The notes under the pieces were generated by a model. That model was not told the DNA's origin, searched no databases, and saw only the letters and a list, made by a program, of their open reading frames with translations. Of a stretch of 64,000 nucleotides of DNA, positions 12,716-25,470 are shown piece after piece. The DNA is taken from positions 124,001 to 188,000 of the forward strand of contig OX597822.1 of assembly GCA_951406725.2 (NCBI GenBank), read 5' to 3'. The position numbers were made by a program, and so were the translations under genes. Position 1 is the stretch's first letter. The number at the start of each line of letters is the position of its first letter. Source of the DNA: Octopus vulgaris (lineage: Eukaryota).

Positions 12716-14332
12716 CACATACATATGAAGATAGACAAATACTGTACGTAACTAAGGTCACAGGTTTCAGTATGCTTGTAACATCAAATATTACTGCACA
12801 CATAAATCAGATTTCATAAGTGCATTAATGATGTAAGTCTGGGAAGACAATCTTATCCAAGATTTGAAACCCTGTAACTACTCAGTTTGTTGACAATTAT
12901 CACCTCTACACTATTTGCAACCTCACCTAACAGATAGTGTACAGCCACCAAACAATTCCAAATAAGCAAGTTTTGTCGCTTTTAATCTTATACCAAACTT
13001 CCATCTTTGTATTATACTTGTTACCACTAAATGACTACACACAGGCACACACACATATATATATATATATAGATTAATATATGTGTGTGTGTGTGTATGT
13101 GTATGATAATATACTGTATGTTGAATGTTATGAAATGATAAATTCTAAAATCGGTTTATGAATGTTGTATATTTAAATGACAGCCTATCGTGTTTATAAA
13201 TAATCAAGAAATGTGAAATAAACAGTGTAATATGGCTTTAGTTAATAAGCACATGCTCCTGAATCTATGTACCCCAGCCCCACCCTTTTAGATGCATGCT
13301 CCTATATGAAGGGTTTTTTTATTGAACAATCACTTAAGACAATTACATTTTACACATGAAAGATGTGAAGAAATTTACTGAAAAATTTAGAAATTTCAGC
13401 TAAAAGGAGAGAAAAATATGAGAACTTATTAGATGAGTGGATGTTAGAATCTTTAATCTTTTGTCTTAATTAATGGCTGTGAGACTTTCCTCTCTCATTT
13501 CGTTTTTACTTTCTCTTTTCTTAGTTAATGTTTCCATATCTGAATTATTTTTACACTAGCATGTGTTAGGTGGCTCTTTATCTCCATAATTTATTAAAGC
13601 AAACATTCCCCCTCCCCACACCACTATTAAAATACTTCCTGCACACAGCATGCTGTCCTTGTAATTAATAAACGAAGTGACAGTACAACACTGATGACTT
13701 GCAGCCAGATGCACTGAAGATATCTAGGAAACCATCAGCACAGACAGCATATAACAGTAGTCTCCAGCTGGAACAATGCTTCTCCATGCATCAGACCCCG
13801 ACGAACATACTCCATTCCATACATCTTTATTAATACCGGAAACAAACCACTATCTTCCTTGGAAGATAAATACTTCATTTCCCTGAAGTAAAGAGACTAG
13901 CCACTAATAGATATGTCACATCAGAGGAACATCATTAAAACAATCATCTGTACTTTTAGTGAAAGATCAGCTTTTCATTGTTGATATTTCATGCTTTTAT
14001 TTATTCACTGTTTCTTTTTAATTATAATTTAATATATATTTACAGTAAAAATTCTTTAATTCATGTATTTATTTATTAGGAGTTTGTTTTAAAAAAAAAA
14101 ACCCCGCACCCACATATCAATGAAAAGCTTAAATGAGAGATTTAGAGAAACCATATTTGTGACAGGAAGAAATCTTCAATCTGCTTAATCTCAGCACACT
14201 TGTGGCTTAAGATAATAGCAGGAACTTTCTCTGAAAAAGTGTGAACTATTGATCTCATCTCCTGTGTTTCGAACCAGTCCATTCTTGAATTATCAGGGTA
14301 CCATATATCCATTTGATAAACAGAAACTGAAC

Positions 14333-14365
<33 letters not shown>

Positions 14366-14874
14366 TATATAATGGGTGTTTGCTTATGTTTGTGCTTTTC
14401 CAAAACTCCTGCTAAAACCAGTAAATTTGTCATTTCCTCTCTCAACAAACTGTCTGCTGGCTTTGAGCTTTTTAAAGTTATGGAGAATAACAGATCCCTT
14501 ACTTGAAAAATAGGTAAGGATTAGTGACAAGAAGGGTATCCAGATGTAAAACTATACTTTGATAATAGATTCAGCTAACCCATACTAGTATAGAAGAAGG
14601 GACATCGAAACATATTGAGTGAATAGGGAATGTGGCACCTGAAAATAACAAGAGAATGAACCAGTCAGAATGTAAAGAGAAACACAAAAGATGAGGATAA
14701 TAGTGCAATGAATTCATTCCGTTCAATCTCAGAAAAATAAACAGAGAGAATCAGTAAATTCTTATGGAGTGTTGCTCTGTTTTGTTCCATTTTAGACTTT
14801 CCCCGCCTCTTATCCTGGCTTTCGTCGATAGATTATTGTTTCAAGCAGTTAAATTTCTCATTGGTCTACAGGTG

Positions 14875-15057
14875 ACATGTTATTGTCAATGCCAACAACT
14901 ACCACATGTTATTGTCAATGCCAACAACTACCACATGTTATTGTCAATGCCAACAACTACCACATGTTATTGTCAATGCCAACAACTACCACATGTTATT
15001 GTCAATGCCAACAACTACCACATGTTTTTGTCAATGCCAACAACTACCACATGTTAT
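14875..15057. repeat. 29-bp minisatellite, ~6.3 near-perfect copies
   Basis: Unit ACATGTTATTGTCAATGCCAACAACTACC. Confidence 0.95.
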
Positions 15058-15596
15058 ATTTTCCAAAGTCTGATGCTGCTGTCAAGAGTAGTTACTAGTT
15101 ATGGTAACATGAGGCCTGAAGACAGACAGATGTGCACCTGGTTGAAATACATGTGGCAAGTCAACCAACAAGGAGGTTCGAAAAGTTCTGGACTTCAGAG
15201 TACAAACAAAGCCTCTTGCCAAGAAATACAAGACACTTTATCAGTGAAAGCAAAGTGCTATGTAGTTTGCAATTATAATATTAACCCAAACATTTACTGA
15301 GGCTGTTGTTCCAGCTCTTAACCTCTTTTACGCATATAATCAAAGAAAATAGAACTAAAAAATAATTGTATCAATAATTTGCTGTTTTTTTTATAGAATT
15401 TAGTTGCAAAATACCAAAAGAAAAGACTAGAGCCATTGGAAATTAAACTCAAAGGTGACCCATGGCACCCAAAAATATCACTTTAAAAAATCATAAACAT
15501 CATCTGTAAAGATCTGTATAGAGTTCAACTGTGTTAGGTAATTGGTAGGAATGAGTTGTAGCTGAATTCTGCAGAGGGCAGTTATAATGTGCTTCA

Positions 15597-15641
<45 letters not shown>

Positions 15642-16076
15642 TGAGCAATACTTGTAGATCTTGCCTATCAATATATGTAAATGTCATTGTTAAAAACAAA
15701 AAAGAAGATATATTTATATATAAATATCTAACATACTTATGCTTAATTGTAATATATATATATATAAGACTGTCGTTGACAGAGAGTGAAAGAAAGAGTT
15801 GAGATTGAAAACTAAATAAAATCTAAAAAGCAAAACAAAATAAATAAACATGAGTCATATCTAAAGGAATGTTGAAATGTTACAGAAGGAAATATAAAAA
15901 AAAAAAATTACTGACAAAAGCTGGAATTTGAAGAAAATTTCAGAAACTGAGCCATTCTTCAATGATAAAAGTCTACAGACCAACAAACAGACTGGTGGCT
16001 GGTTAGTTTATTTGGTTGAGTTGTTGGTTGTTATTTTGACTTGTAAAAGAAAGAGAGAGGTGGGGAATTGCTTGCC

Positions 16077-16418
16077 TCATGTCCGAGCACTACGTTCACA
16101 CTCCATCAGACATTCTCGCACCAGTATGCGGGCATGAACGATGCCTCGCTTCAGTCGTTCAGCGGAGGATTTGCTGCCAGAGTACGTCGGACGTATATCT
16201 TTGCCCATGTCCTCGATGACCGCCAGAAGCTGGGTGTATTTTGTCTGAGGGTGTTGTGACATCTGTGGTAATTGCGGACCCCGGTTGGCTATGGCCGGGG
16301 GTGGCGTACCATGGTTGCCATGTATGTCCAACTCTGAGCGTGGTGTGCCAGGATTGCTCATCACTGGCGTAACCGGTGAACTGGACATTGTTCCTTCTAT
16401 GATCACATCATCGTCCAT
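16077..16418 (-). CDS. CDK2AP1: Cyclin-dependent kinase 2-associated protein 1 (DOC-1) family, 113 aa, single coding exon
   Basis: C-terminal [53 protein letters not shown] is the conserved CDK2AP domain; splice acceptor CATTTCAG (AG at 16429-16428) lies 9 nt before the ATG. Confidence 0.96.
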   Translation of the reverse strand: MDDDVIIEGTMSSSPVTPVMSNPGTPRSELDIHGNHGTPPPAIANRGPQLPQMSQHPQTKYTQLLAVIEDMGKDIRPTYSGSKSSAERLKRGIVHARILVRECLMECERSART

Positions 16419-16699
16419 CGTCCGGTTCTGAAATGAGATTATACAAAAAGAGAAATTCTTAGTGAGGTAGATATTTAAATATGTACAATTTTGTCACTTT
16501 TACAAAGGCAGCACTAAATTGAGAAAGCAAAGGGGTTAATAAAATGAAAGTCAGGTCTATTACTGATTGAAGTGAAAAAAGATTTGGGAGCTTCTTATAT
16601 CTTCACAGTCACTGTGCATACACAGCAACCTAACAAAACATTAGAAAATCATTTGGTGGACTGACAAAAAACTGGCGTCTAAATTTGAAAACGGACTTA

Positions 16700-17660
16700 A
16701 ATCCTCTTGTCACCCCAAGGCAAAATTGACCTTGGTGGAATTTGAACCCAAAACACAAAGAATCAGAAAAGTATTTTGTCCAATATGCTAATGATTCTGC
16801 CTGCTTGCTAGCTAACATAGGCATAAGGCCAGAAATTAAGGAAGGAGGGGGAGTACAGAAAAATTAAACTTCACCAGTACTTGAATGGTACTTTATTTTA
16901 TCAAGGATGAAAGGCAGGGTTGATTGTAGCTGGATTTGAACTCAAAATTTAAGTACTGTAACTAAATATTGCATGGAATTTTATCTGACAATCTAACAAT
17001 TTTCCTAATCCACTGTTCAATCATAATAATAATCCTTTCTATTAAAGACACAAGGCCTAAAACTTGAGGTAGGGAGCTAGTCAATTACATTGACCCCAGT
17101 GCTTAACTGGTACTTGTTTTATCGACTACAAAAGGATGAAAGGCAAAGTCAACCTCAGCAAAATTTGAATTCAGAACATGAAAACAGACAAAATATTACT
17201 AAGCATTGTGCTTGGTGTGCTAATGATTCTGCCAGCTTGCCACCTTATAATAATCGTTTCAAATTTTGACACAAGGTTATCAATCTTGGAGGAGCAAAAC
17301 AATTACATCAACCCCAGTGCTCAACTGGCACTCATTTTATCGACCCCAAAAAGATGAAAGGCAAAAAAAGATGACCTGGGTGGAATCTGAACACAAAGAC
17401 ACAAAATGCCATTAAGCATTTTGACCAGTATGCTAATGATTCTGCTGCCAGCTCACAGTGTTAGCACCACCACCACCACTACCACTACTACTACTACTAC
17501 TACTAATAATAATAATAATAATAATAATTTTTGCCACAAGGGCAGCTTGAAATAGGTGGAGATGAGTTGATTACATTGACCCCAGTGTTCAACTGATACT
17601 TATTTTTCTATCAACCCCAAAAGGATGAAAGACAAAGTCAACCTTGCCGGAATTTAATAA
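16700..17660 (-). mobile_element. Head-to-tail cluster of ~5 degenerate tRNA-derived SINEs separated by (TAA)n
   Basis: Repeated core gaccccagtg..aactggtactt..tttatcgac..aaaggatgaaaggcaaagtcaacc..gaatttgaactc and head gctaatgattctgccagc. Confidence 0.8.
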
Positions 17661-17674
17661 TAATAATAATAAAT

Positions 17675-18222
17675 GCCCTGATGCAATATCAGGCACTGGC
17701 TCTCATGGCTTCTGATCTTAACTGATTGGAAGTGTTATCATGTACATTGTTTTGTCTTGGTATAAAAGATGGCCTACAGCAAATATTCTGCTCAATACCA
17801 CAGATTTGCTGGACAGTTGTTTGATTTTAACCAGTTGAATGTGTCCCTTAATGGCTGACGATATGTGCATCTCTGACCACAAGCAGAAGTAGTGGGGGAG
17901 CATCATAGCCGTGTGTTGAGAGGGATTCTTAGAGGTTTGGATAATTCACCTTTGGAAACATGGGTGTTTTGTTCATCATCCTTAAACAAACCTCATTCTA
18001 TGACCTTTTGAGCAGGATGGGCTACTTGACCTGAAGAAAATTCTAACTGGGCCCCACCTGCAAGGTCATGCGCTGTTAATCTTGATATGAGAGCATCATG
18101 TCATGCACACATGGTTGTGATGCATGTGCCTAGTGTACCCTTATCAGACGGGTAGTCATGATGTGTATACTGGGCTTCGTATATTTTACCCCAGTGTCAC
18201 TTTGATGGCATGCACTGCTCTT
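17675..18222. mobile_element. Unclassified ~550-bp non-coding insert bounded by (TAA)n on both sides
   Basis: GC-richer block with sharp boundaries inside a TAA microsatellite; no credible ORF. Confidence 0.5.
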
Positions 18223-18429
18223 TTAATAATAATAATAATATCTCGGAATCCAAAGACAGAAGAAATTCAGAAAACAGTGCTTATGGGGGCACCTCATATC
18301 CTACAAAAAATACTGTCTACAGGGTGTTCAGGCTAAATTTGACAGTTTGCATAAAAGAAAAAGAAAAAACAATATTCCTTCCAAAAATAAAAGCACTTTT
18401 AAAAACATCAAAACATATCAAGTAGATTA

Positions 18430-19270
18430 TAGCTGGGAGATAAAAGTTTATTCAAAGTAGCCGTCCTCAGCTTACACTACGGCCTCAAGATGGCTCTGGA
18501 ACCTGGCACATACGTTCCTCACTGTGTCCCTGGGAAGATCTTTGAACACCTCCTTCATCGTGGCCACCAGATTGGCCTTGATGCTGTAGGGAAGGTAGTT
18601 GGTGCTTTTCTCATCCACGTCCCACACATAGTAATCCATGGGATTACATCATCATCATCATTTAACATCCGCTTTCCATGCTAGCATGGGTTGGACGATT
18701 TGACTGAGGACTGGCGAACCAGATGGCTGCACCAGGCTTGAATCTGATCGGGTAGGGTTTCTTCAGCTGGATGCCCTTCCTAATGCCACAACTGTGGGAA
18801 ATAGAAAGCCAGAAATTAAGGCTGATGAAGTCGTAGAAATTCTCCAACAACTTTCTATAGGTATGGCAAGGAGCCAAATCCTGCTGTCACACATATGCCC
18901 TTCCAGCAGCAACCTTCTCCAGCCAGGGTTTGACCACAGTCTTCAGCAGCCTCACATAGCTGTCTGAATGGAGCCTAAGGTGAGCAGCATGACATCACCC
19001 TCACTGGAGTCACACCCAAAAACCATCACCTTACTGCTGGCCACAGCTTCATAGTCTCCGTTGTAGCTGTCCATGTCATGTCTTACAGCTTTTATAGTGT
19101 TCACAGAGCACTGAGTAGCAGTCATGATGTGGGCATTTTGATACCCAGCATGAATCATCATGATACAGGTAACTCTTTTCCAATATTCAGGTGGTTTCCA
19201 GTCTTGCATGTCAGCTAACTTTTTTCTCAACTACAACTTTAATCTTTATGCTCTCCAATGCTGTTCTCTG
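18430..19270 (-). mobile_element. Degenerate Tc1/mariner-superfamily relic, interrupted by an RTE-tail element at ~18648-18790
   Basis: KKLADMQDWKPPEYWKRVTCIMMIHAG N-terminus, VMVFGCDSSEG and NPMDYYVW motifs; homologous to 47320-48380. Confidence 0.75.
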
Positions 19271-19809
19271 TTCACTGATACATCAAGCTGTTCCTGAAAA
19301 AAGGAAACATAAAAAATCATCAAATTTAGCCTGAAAACCCTCCATAGAACTCCAAAGCAATCTTTTGCTACCTATTATCAAAAGCGCATTTTCTGAAACA
19401 ATACTTCTTACGAACCCAAGGCACACAATTATGAAACAAATCCCTCTCACCAAAATATGGCACTTATCAATCAACCTAGTTATAATGCCCGCATGAATAT
19501 ATAACTTGCTGTCTCTTGAGGTCTCTGGATGAGAGTTGGACTCAGCTCATACAAACAAAGCAAAATCCAAACATAATAATAATAAAAACATGGCACAAGG
19601 CAAGCAATTTGGGGAGAGGGGTTAAGTTGATTACATCGACCCCAGTGTTCAGCTGGTACTTATTTTATCGACCCCTTTTGGGGATGAAAGGCAAAGTGAA
19701 CCTGAGCAGAATTTGAACTCAGAATGTAAAGAGAGATGATATGCTCTAAAGTATTTTGCCTGGTACTATAAAGATTCTCCCAGTTCACCATCATAATAAT
19801 AATAATAAT

Positions 19810-20065
19810 AGGCATATACAATCCTCTTAAGTATAAAATAGAAAATAAAGAAGATGAAGATAGTGCCAATTATTGTTGGGTTCTTGGTGACAGTATCAGA
19901 AGGCATCAAGAAGAATATAAAGGAAATCAAGAAAGACTGCCCAGTAGAACTGTTACAAAAAGTTTTTACTCCTTGGTACGGCCAGAATAAACAGCTAAGT
20001 ATTATATAATTAAAAAGAACAGTTAGCATGGTATTGTAGACTGTGCCCCCAAAAAACCTGAGTTA
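19810..20065 (+). mobile_element. 3' end of an RLE-type (R4/Dong-like) LINE inserted in (TAA)n
   Basis: KIVPIIVGFLVTVSEGIKKNIKEIKKDCPVELLQKVFLLGTARI resembles the RLE C-terminus; TAA repeats on both sides. A related sliver (IQKTVLMGAPHILQKIL) lies at 18241-18320. Confidence 0.7.
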
Positions 20066-20079
20066 ATAATAATAATAAT

Positions 20080-21360
20080 CACCTTTTCGTTATTCACCAC
20101 TGAGGGTTTATATAAAAGATTAGGGATGGCACAGGACAACACAACACAAAAAGAGTGAAATTTAATCGTGTAAAAAGGTAATAACAATAAAAATTATAAC
20201 AAATAAATCCCAAAAGAGAGATGCTTCCAAGGCCTGCTCATAAAATCCCCACAAAAACCACAATCACCCTAACCTGTAGGGCAAGTGCCCTCTCCACCTC
20301 ATCTACCCTCAGTCTAGAGATGCATGCTTAGAGTAGGCCCATTCACTCAGGTGTTTCATGCTACATTCACCCACTTTTTAACAAAATTACAGAAATTTGA
20401 AAAAGTTGATGAGGGCTTGGCCAATGAGGAAAGTGTCTGTCTTTACCCTTTTCAACCTGGGCCACCACAACCTCTTTTGCTAAGGTCACCAGACAAAGAA
20501 ACACTGTCTGCCCTTCCTGGTCAAAGGAAGGTGGTGGGATGATCTTTACAATGGACTCAGCATGTAGCCAGATGCATCCTACATGTGACAGAACGTGTTC
20601 AACAAAATCCCACAAGTCATCAATGCTTGGGCACTGGATGAGAATGTGCAGAACAGTTTCATTGCTCTGTGTGCACCTTGGGCAAACCCAGCTCACAGCA
20701 CTTCCATGCCTGTAGAGTTTATTCCGAACAGCAGTGCCCACCGGTAGCACTGTCAGGCCAGGGATTTTCGGAAGTTATTCATGAGCCCCAAACTGAAAAT
20801 CCTTGAGAACAGACCAGTCAACTCATTGTCATCAATGCCCAGAGTCTCCCCAAGAATGTTGTTGTACTTGCCTACCACTAACCCTATAGAGAATGCTTGA
20901 GAACTTCCAGTGACTTCATTGCCTGACTGTGAGCACCTGACAACACTCTAGGTGCCAGGTACCCTGACTCGGTCTATGCTTGATCCAAGACTACAGCTCA
21001 GACAAACAGATGAACAGTGGGAAATCGTGTCTGACAAATGGTGACTACAGCTGCTCACAGTCTAGGAAGCACTGGAGTTGTAGCAGCCTTAGTGCATGTC
21101 TGCACATCAACAACCACAGCATGCCCAGCCCTCTATTCAGTGGGTGTTGATAGCAAATGCAGCACCTGGCAAATGGAACATGTTCCTTCCTCAGAAAGCA
21201 GAAGAGCACACACTTCAGTTTGGTGAAATGTGAATAAGGGCAATAATATATGACAGAGGTGATGTAAGCATTTGCTACTTCTGCCCGATCTTTCAGGGAT
21301 TGCTTTCTCTCAGCCTATTTCTGGGTGAGATTGGCTACCTTGCTCATCACTTCATCATGA
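20080..21360 (-). mobile_element. Old degenerate Tx1/L1-clade LINE, 3' part
   Basis: LPVGTAVRNKLYRHG...CPRCTQSNETVLHILIQC zinc knuckle, collinear with the ORF at 60349-61581. Confidence 0.85.
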
Positions 21361-22828
21361 TAATAATAATAATTGTTTCAAATTTTAGCATAATGTCGGC
21401 AATTTGGAGAAGGGGTTAGTCAGTTACACTGGTTCTTGTACTCTTCTGGTACGTCAGTTTATAGACCCCAGAGGGATGAAAGGCAAAGTTGACCTCAGTG
21501 GGATTTGAGCTCTGAATGTAAAGAGTCAGAATAAATATCCCAAGTCACTTTTCTGACACTAGCAATTCTGCCAGATGACTGCCTAATGATATAGTTGATA
21601 TATCAAAGTAACACCTGTCAACTATATCATAGACGACATCAAAGCACCAGTAACAGTTGTTAACTAAACAACACACAACAACACAGGACTAGTAACAGGA
21701 CCCAAACTCCCAATCTCTCCTATACCCTCACCTATTCACCCTCCAAGACTCCACAGAATGTTGTACATTCAGGCATTTATACTTTTCCCAAAGACTGTCT
21801 GTGCTGCCTGTAAAACTGTTTGAACAGAGTTTCAGAAGTGGATAATGATAGTCAGTGTGTTGATCTTGTAGAGTAAGAAAAACATTTTTAAGGATGGTAG
21901 ACACTTGTGGCCATATTTGGCCCAAATATTCTACCTGTTTTATGTTCAATCTGGCCAGATACAGCTTCTAACACTTACCAGACAATGTCCTTCTAAAAAG
22001 AAATAATCACATCGTTGAAATTTCAAAGCTGCAAGATAGTGCAGGATTAATTCAAAACAATGTGAATAAATAAGCATTACATTTGACAAGAAATATGAAT
22101 GCCAAAGGATTAAGGATGATGGGAACCATGGCAGGATCTGAACTCATAAAATGGAAGGACAACTACTTGAGTCCCCTACAGTAGGGACAAATTAAACAGT
22201 AACAAACACTTGGTTATAATTTTTAAAGGATAAATGTTAACTACATCAACCCCAATATTCCAATGCTATTTATGTCACAGATTCAGAAGAAATGACAGGA
22301 AAAGTTCACCTTGGCAGGATTTGAAATGGGGATATAAAGAGGTGTGATTAAATAGCATTTGTTACTCTACCAATTCGGGCATTCCACCACTTTAGTAACA
22401 ACAATGAGTGGTTAACAAGACAAGTTAAACAATACAATTAGCAACATAACAGGGCAATGCAATACAAACAACATAACAAGTACAATTATATTCTCTTTAT
22501 GTTATGTATGAACAACATAATAGCGCAATTTTGTACTGATAAATCAATATAAGACCAACAACAAGATTTATAACAAACAAGGTGTTACAGGTACAACAAG
22601 AGTAATGACAATAGGTCTAACAGATCAGTTAGCGTACAAGGGCAAAAACAACAGTTACTATATACAGTTATAATAACAACACACTATATATAACAGATCA
22701 GTAAATATATACTGATATGACAACAGTAAGAACAACAAATAAGACCAGTCAGTAGACACTGTAACAATATATAACAAAACAGTTAGTACAGCTAAAACAA
22801 TAACAACATGAACCATATCTGTTATCTC

Positions 22829-23236
22829 GGATCTTTTCGGTTTGAACGGCAGTTTCTAACATAATTTCTAGGTAACTAAAAAATTTTTAACTTCGTATAC
22901 TGGTAGAATGTGTTTATAAAACATCTTTTTCTCTTGGCTTTATTGAGAAAATTCTATAGTTTGTAAGATATTTGTTTTTTTTTCTTCAATTTCTGCAATT
23001 TCAACCAATCAGTGACATCTATTGAGTTAAAAAGCATTCTGTGCCATATGAATATGTCCCTCGTTTAAGAAACAGATTGGGTTTATTTACATTTCTGAAG
23101 AAAAAAAGATACCCTTCCTCCACCCCTAACCCTAAAAGAGATTGAAATGCAATAGATCGATTCTAGGGTCATAATTATGGGTGACAATTTCATATGACAC
23201 TGCTAGAAAAAACTGCCGTTCAAACCGAAAAGATCT
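22829..23236. mobile_element. ~410-bp MITE with GG-terminal TIRs and 8-bp TSD (Merlin-like), copy 1
   Basis: TIR GGATCTTTTCGGTTTGAACGGCAGTTT; TSD GTTATCTC at 22821-22828 and 23237-23244. Confidence 0.9.
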
Positions 23237-23784
23237 GTTATCTCATCTAACAATCAGATAATATTGGTTTCAAATTTTGGCACAAAGCCAGCAATTTTGG
23301 GGAAGGAGTAAGTCGATTACATTGACCACCAAAAGGCATTTGAATTCAAAATGTAAAGTCAGAAGAAATACCACTAAGCATTTTTCTGGTGACAGCTCGT
23401 AATCTGATGTCATCATCATTTAACATCCATTTTCCATGCTGGAATGGATTGAACAATTTGGCAGGAGCTGACACGCTGGAGAGCTGCATCAAGCACCATT
23501 TGTCTGTTTTGGCACAGTTTCTATGGCTGGATACCCATCCTAATGTTGACCATTTAACTGGGTGCTTTTCACTTGGCACCAGCAAACCAGTAATATTAAA
23601 CAGCATCAAACAACAAACCTTGGTTCAATGAATCAGTCCACCACATCATCATACATCATGGACTGTTGTTTGCTACAATAAAAGTTCCACCCTACATGGG
23701 CTGAGGTAGACAGTATCCACTAACTCTACCCTAACTTCTGCAAACTTCATAATTACATTAATGAGATTCATTATTTTCCTTTCA

Positions 23785-24150
23785 GATGTATTTGTGCACC
23801 AAGCTGGTGCAAATGTGCACCAACATGATGTTTGTGGATCAAGGGCGATCTATTTGTATAGGAAGCTGATATATTTCTGTACCAAATTGATATATTACAT
23901 GTACTTCTGCATCAAAGTGATTATATTTGAGCATTGAGATGGGTGTACAGGTGCACCAAGGTGGTGTATTTCTGCACCAAATTCATGTATCCATGCAGCA
24001 AGGTGATGTATTTCTACATCAAATTGATAATATTTGTGCACCAGTCTGGAGCATTTGTGCCTCAAGGAGGGTGCACTGGTGCACCAAGGCAATATATTTA
24101 TGCAGTAAGCTGGTGTAGCTGTGTATCAAGCTGATGTTTTTGTGCACCAC
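23785..24150. repeat. Old degenerate 21-bp minisatellite, ~17 copies
   Basis: Consensus approximately GATGTATTTGTGCACCAAGCT. Confidence 0.75.
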
Positions 24151-25240
24151 ATTTGTGCATTCTCAAATCTTCCCCAGTTTTCATTTGCTTTGAGTATGCA
24201 ACCTTTTTTTATAGAGCTGTCCCTCCTCCAAATGCATCAAATGCTAATACTAACATAGTTTTTCTCTCTCGCCCATTACATTGGATTCCTCTTCTGTTCA
24301 GTTGTGAAACGTGCTCTAGTAGATGTGTAATGTTAGTGAACATAAACAAAGAGACCATAAATGAGCTGAGAGAAAAGCTGAACATAAGAGAAGTTAGATG
24401 TGCATAGGGGAGGAAAACTGTTAGTACGGGCATGTGATGCATAGGGACGAAAACATCTGTATAAAATGCTGCAGGCTTAAAATGCCTGGAACTTGTGGAA
24501 GATGAAGTGTTGGGTGAAAACTGATCTATAATTACATGTCATGGAGGAAACAACAAAGGACGAAGTGGATTGGCGAGATGCGGTGTGAGAAGATCTGCCT
24601 ACCCATGCAGGCATGGCGAAATGGATGTTAAAACTAGCAGTGCAGGAGGATGGGAGACATAATGTCATTCTCCCGTGCTAGCATGGGTCAGATGGTTTAA
24701 CAAGATCAAATGAGCTGGCAGGTTGCATTGAGCTCCAGCATCTATTTTGCCAAGGTTTCTATGGTTGAATGCCAATCACTTTACAGAATGCGCTGGGAGC
24801 TTTTTTTCTATGATTCCAGTGCAAGTGGGGTTACCAAGTAACTTGCAAAATAAAAAAAAGAGCTTCCACTAAATGGGATTGCAGTAGAGTTTGAGGTGGT
24901 ATTTATGTCAGGTGTTGAAGGACCTAAAGCATGAGAGAAGGGCAGAGACAGGTATCTTGCTACAGATGAGATACATGGTTACACCATATTATAGAAGGGT
25001 TAGTAAGAATAACTGCAAAGTAAACAATGATAGGAGCAACAAGCTGTCAGGGTGCAATACAAGAAAGAATACACATAAAGTGAGTGGATAAGTTCATTAT
25101 AGAGTTTGAGAAGAGAATGACAGATGGTGGGAGATGAATGTAGAGGTGATTGTAATGAATAAAGTTGAGGTGTGGCCAACAGTAAATATCAGCAGTGATG
25201 GAGGAAGCTTGCTTCCCAATCATGTGTCATGGGGTCAATA

Positions 25241-25470
25241 TCTATTTCTTTACTACCCACAAAGGGGCTAAACACAGAAGGGACAAACAAGGACAAACGG
25301 ATTAAGTCGATTATATCGACCCCAGTGCGTAACGGGTACTTATTTAATCAACCCTGAAAGGATGAAAGGCAAAGTCGACCTCGGCGGAATTTGAACTCAG
25401 TACGTAACGCCAGACGAAATACCGCTAAGCATTTCGCCCGGTGTGCTAATGATTCTGCCATCTCACCGCC
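25241..25470 (-). mobile_element. Young full-length tRNA-derived SINE with 14-bp TSD, nested in another SINE
   Basis: A-box TGGCAGAATC and B-box GAGTTCAAATTCC on the minus strand; TSD TCATGGGGTCAATA at 25227-25240 and 25471-25484. Confidence 0.9.

Noticed and set aside
14764-15300. 178-aa ORF with CYCQCQQ repeats
   Set aside because: Produced by the 29-bp minisatellite cycling through frames, antisense to CDK2AP1.
23785-24150. Heptad-repeat coding exon
   Set aside because: The 21-bp period is broken by indels and stops, with no consistent frame.
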